Of a stretch of 32,000 nt of DNA, positions 31,468-32,000 are shown one piece after another. Under the pieces are notes generated by a model that saw only the letters and a program-made list of their open reading frames with translations, was not told the DNA's origin and did no database searches. Position 1 is the first letter of the stretch. Every line of letters starts with the position of its first letter. The DNA comes from Candidatus Saccharimonadota bacterium (lineage in GTDB: Bacteria; Bacillota_I; Bacilli_A; Mycoplasmatales; Hepatoplasmataceae): assembly GCA_027925325.1 (NCBI GenBank), contig AP027133.1, positions 510,001 through 542,000 of the forward strand, given 5' to 3'. A program made the position numbers and the translations under genes.

Positions 31468-32000
31468 ATGAAAAAATACTATGCTATATTTTTGATTCCA
31501 CTAATTGGCGTTATGCCTATTAATAGAAATATTAGTGAAAAAAATATCTCAGCAGAACAAACTGTAATTACTGATTTTTCAGCAGGCGGGCATCATTCTG
31601 GAATAATTGTTGATACAGATAATGATTATTATGCTGACACTCTTTATATGTGAGGTGATAATGAATATGGAGAAATTGGAAATGGTAAGAATTTTGAAAC
31701 TGTTAGTACACCGCAAATAATAGATTATGATTTTAAAGGTAATTTAATCAATCTTGAGCTTGGAGTAATTCATTCTGGCGTTACAGTTGATTCTGATTAT
31801 GATGGATATGCCGATACCCTTTATATGTGAGGTGATAATGATTTTGGTCAAGTTGGAAATGGTACTAGCGGAGATGAAAATATGTCTGTTTCACCAGAAA
31901 AAATTACTCCTGAAGATCAAGACAATTGAAACGGTAATATCGTTGACTTATCATTATCAGCAATGAATACCTCTGTTAGTATCGATACAGATTATGATGG
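31468..32000 (+). CDS. Secreted RCC1-like (beta-propeller) repeat protein, N-terminal part; it continues beyond the window
   Basis: The RBS AAGGA and a hydrophobic signal-like N-terminus (MKKYYAIFLIPLIGV) are present. Repeats read GxxHSG..V.D[TS]D.D.YADTLYMWGDN..G[EQ][IV]GNG with a period of about 59 aa. The W residues are TGA-encoded. Confidence 0.72.

Overview
The window is a very AT-rich Mollicutes-type chromosome segment read with genetic code 4 (TGA = Trp). Almost every conserved gene is split in the supplied standard-code ORF track only at TGA codons, and each rejoins into one full-length frame. A long minus-strand housekeeping run covers positions 1 to about 28915: rlmB-like (partial), cysS, tRNA-Cys, tuf, trmB, uvrA, uvrB, metK, HIT, pyk, pfkA, eno, rpmE, fba, rpoE (delta), argS, an HD-domain dNTPase-like gene and gltX. 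It continues into a sugar cluster of a ROK kinase, lacB, lacA and a PnuC-like transporter. A divergent class II ketose-bisphosphate aldolase and a second PnuC-like paralog follow. Small accessory insertions interrupt this backbone. The first is a tandem 259-bp structured repeat plus a DUF3800-like gene between tRNA-Cys and cysS. The second is a plus-strand gene with an Rx4H (HEPN/Abi-like) motif plus a Trp-rich micro-membrane protein between uvrA and uvrB. The most interesting locus is a compact plus-strand three-gene operon at 28991-31343. It encodes a KAP-family P-loop NTPase, a small HNH nuclease and a catalytically degenerate HNH paralog, and it ends at a strong terminator. I propose it as a candidate uncharacterised defence or conflict system. 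A secreted RCC1-like repeat protein begins at 31468 and runs off the window. No rRNA, CRISPR array or recognisable transposase/integrase was seen. All calls come from reading and hand-translating the sequence; no database search was possible.
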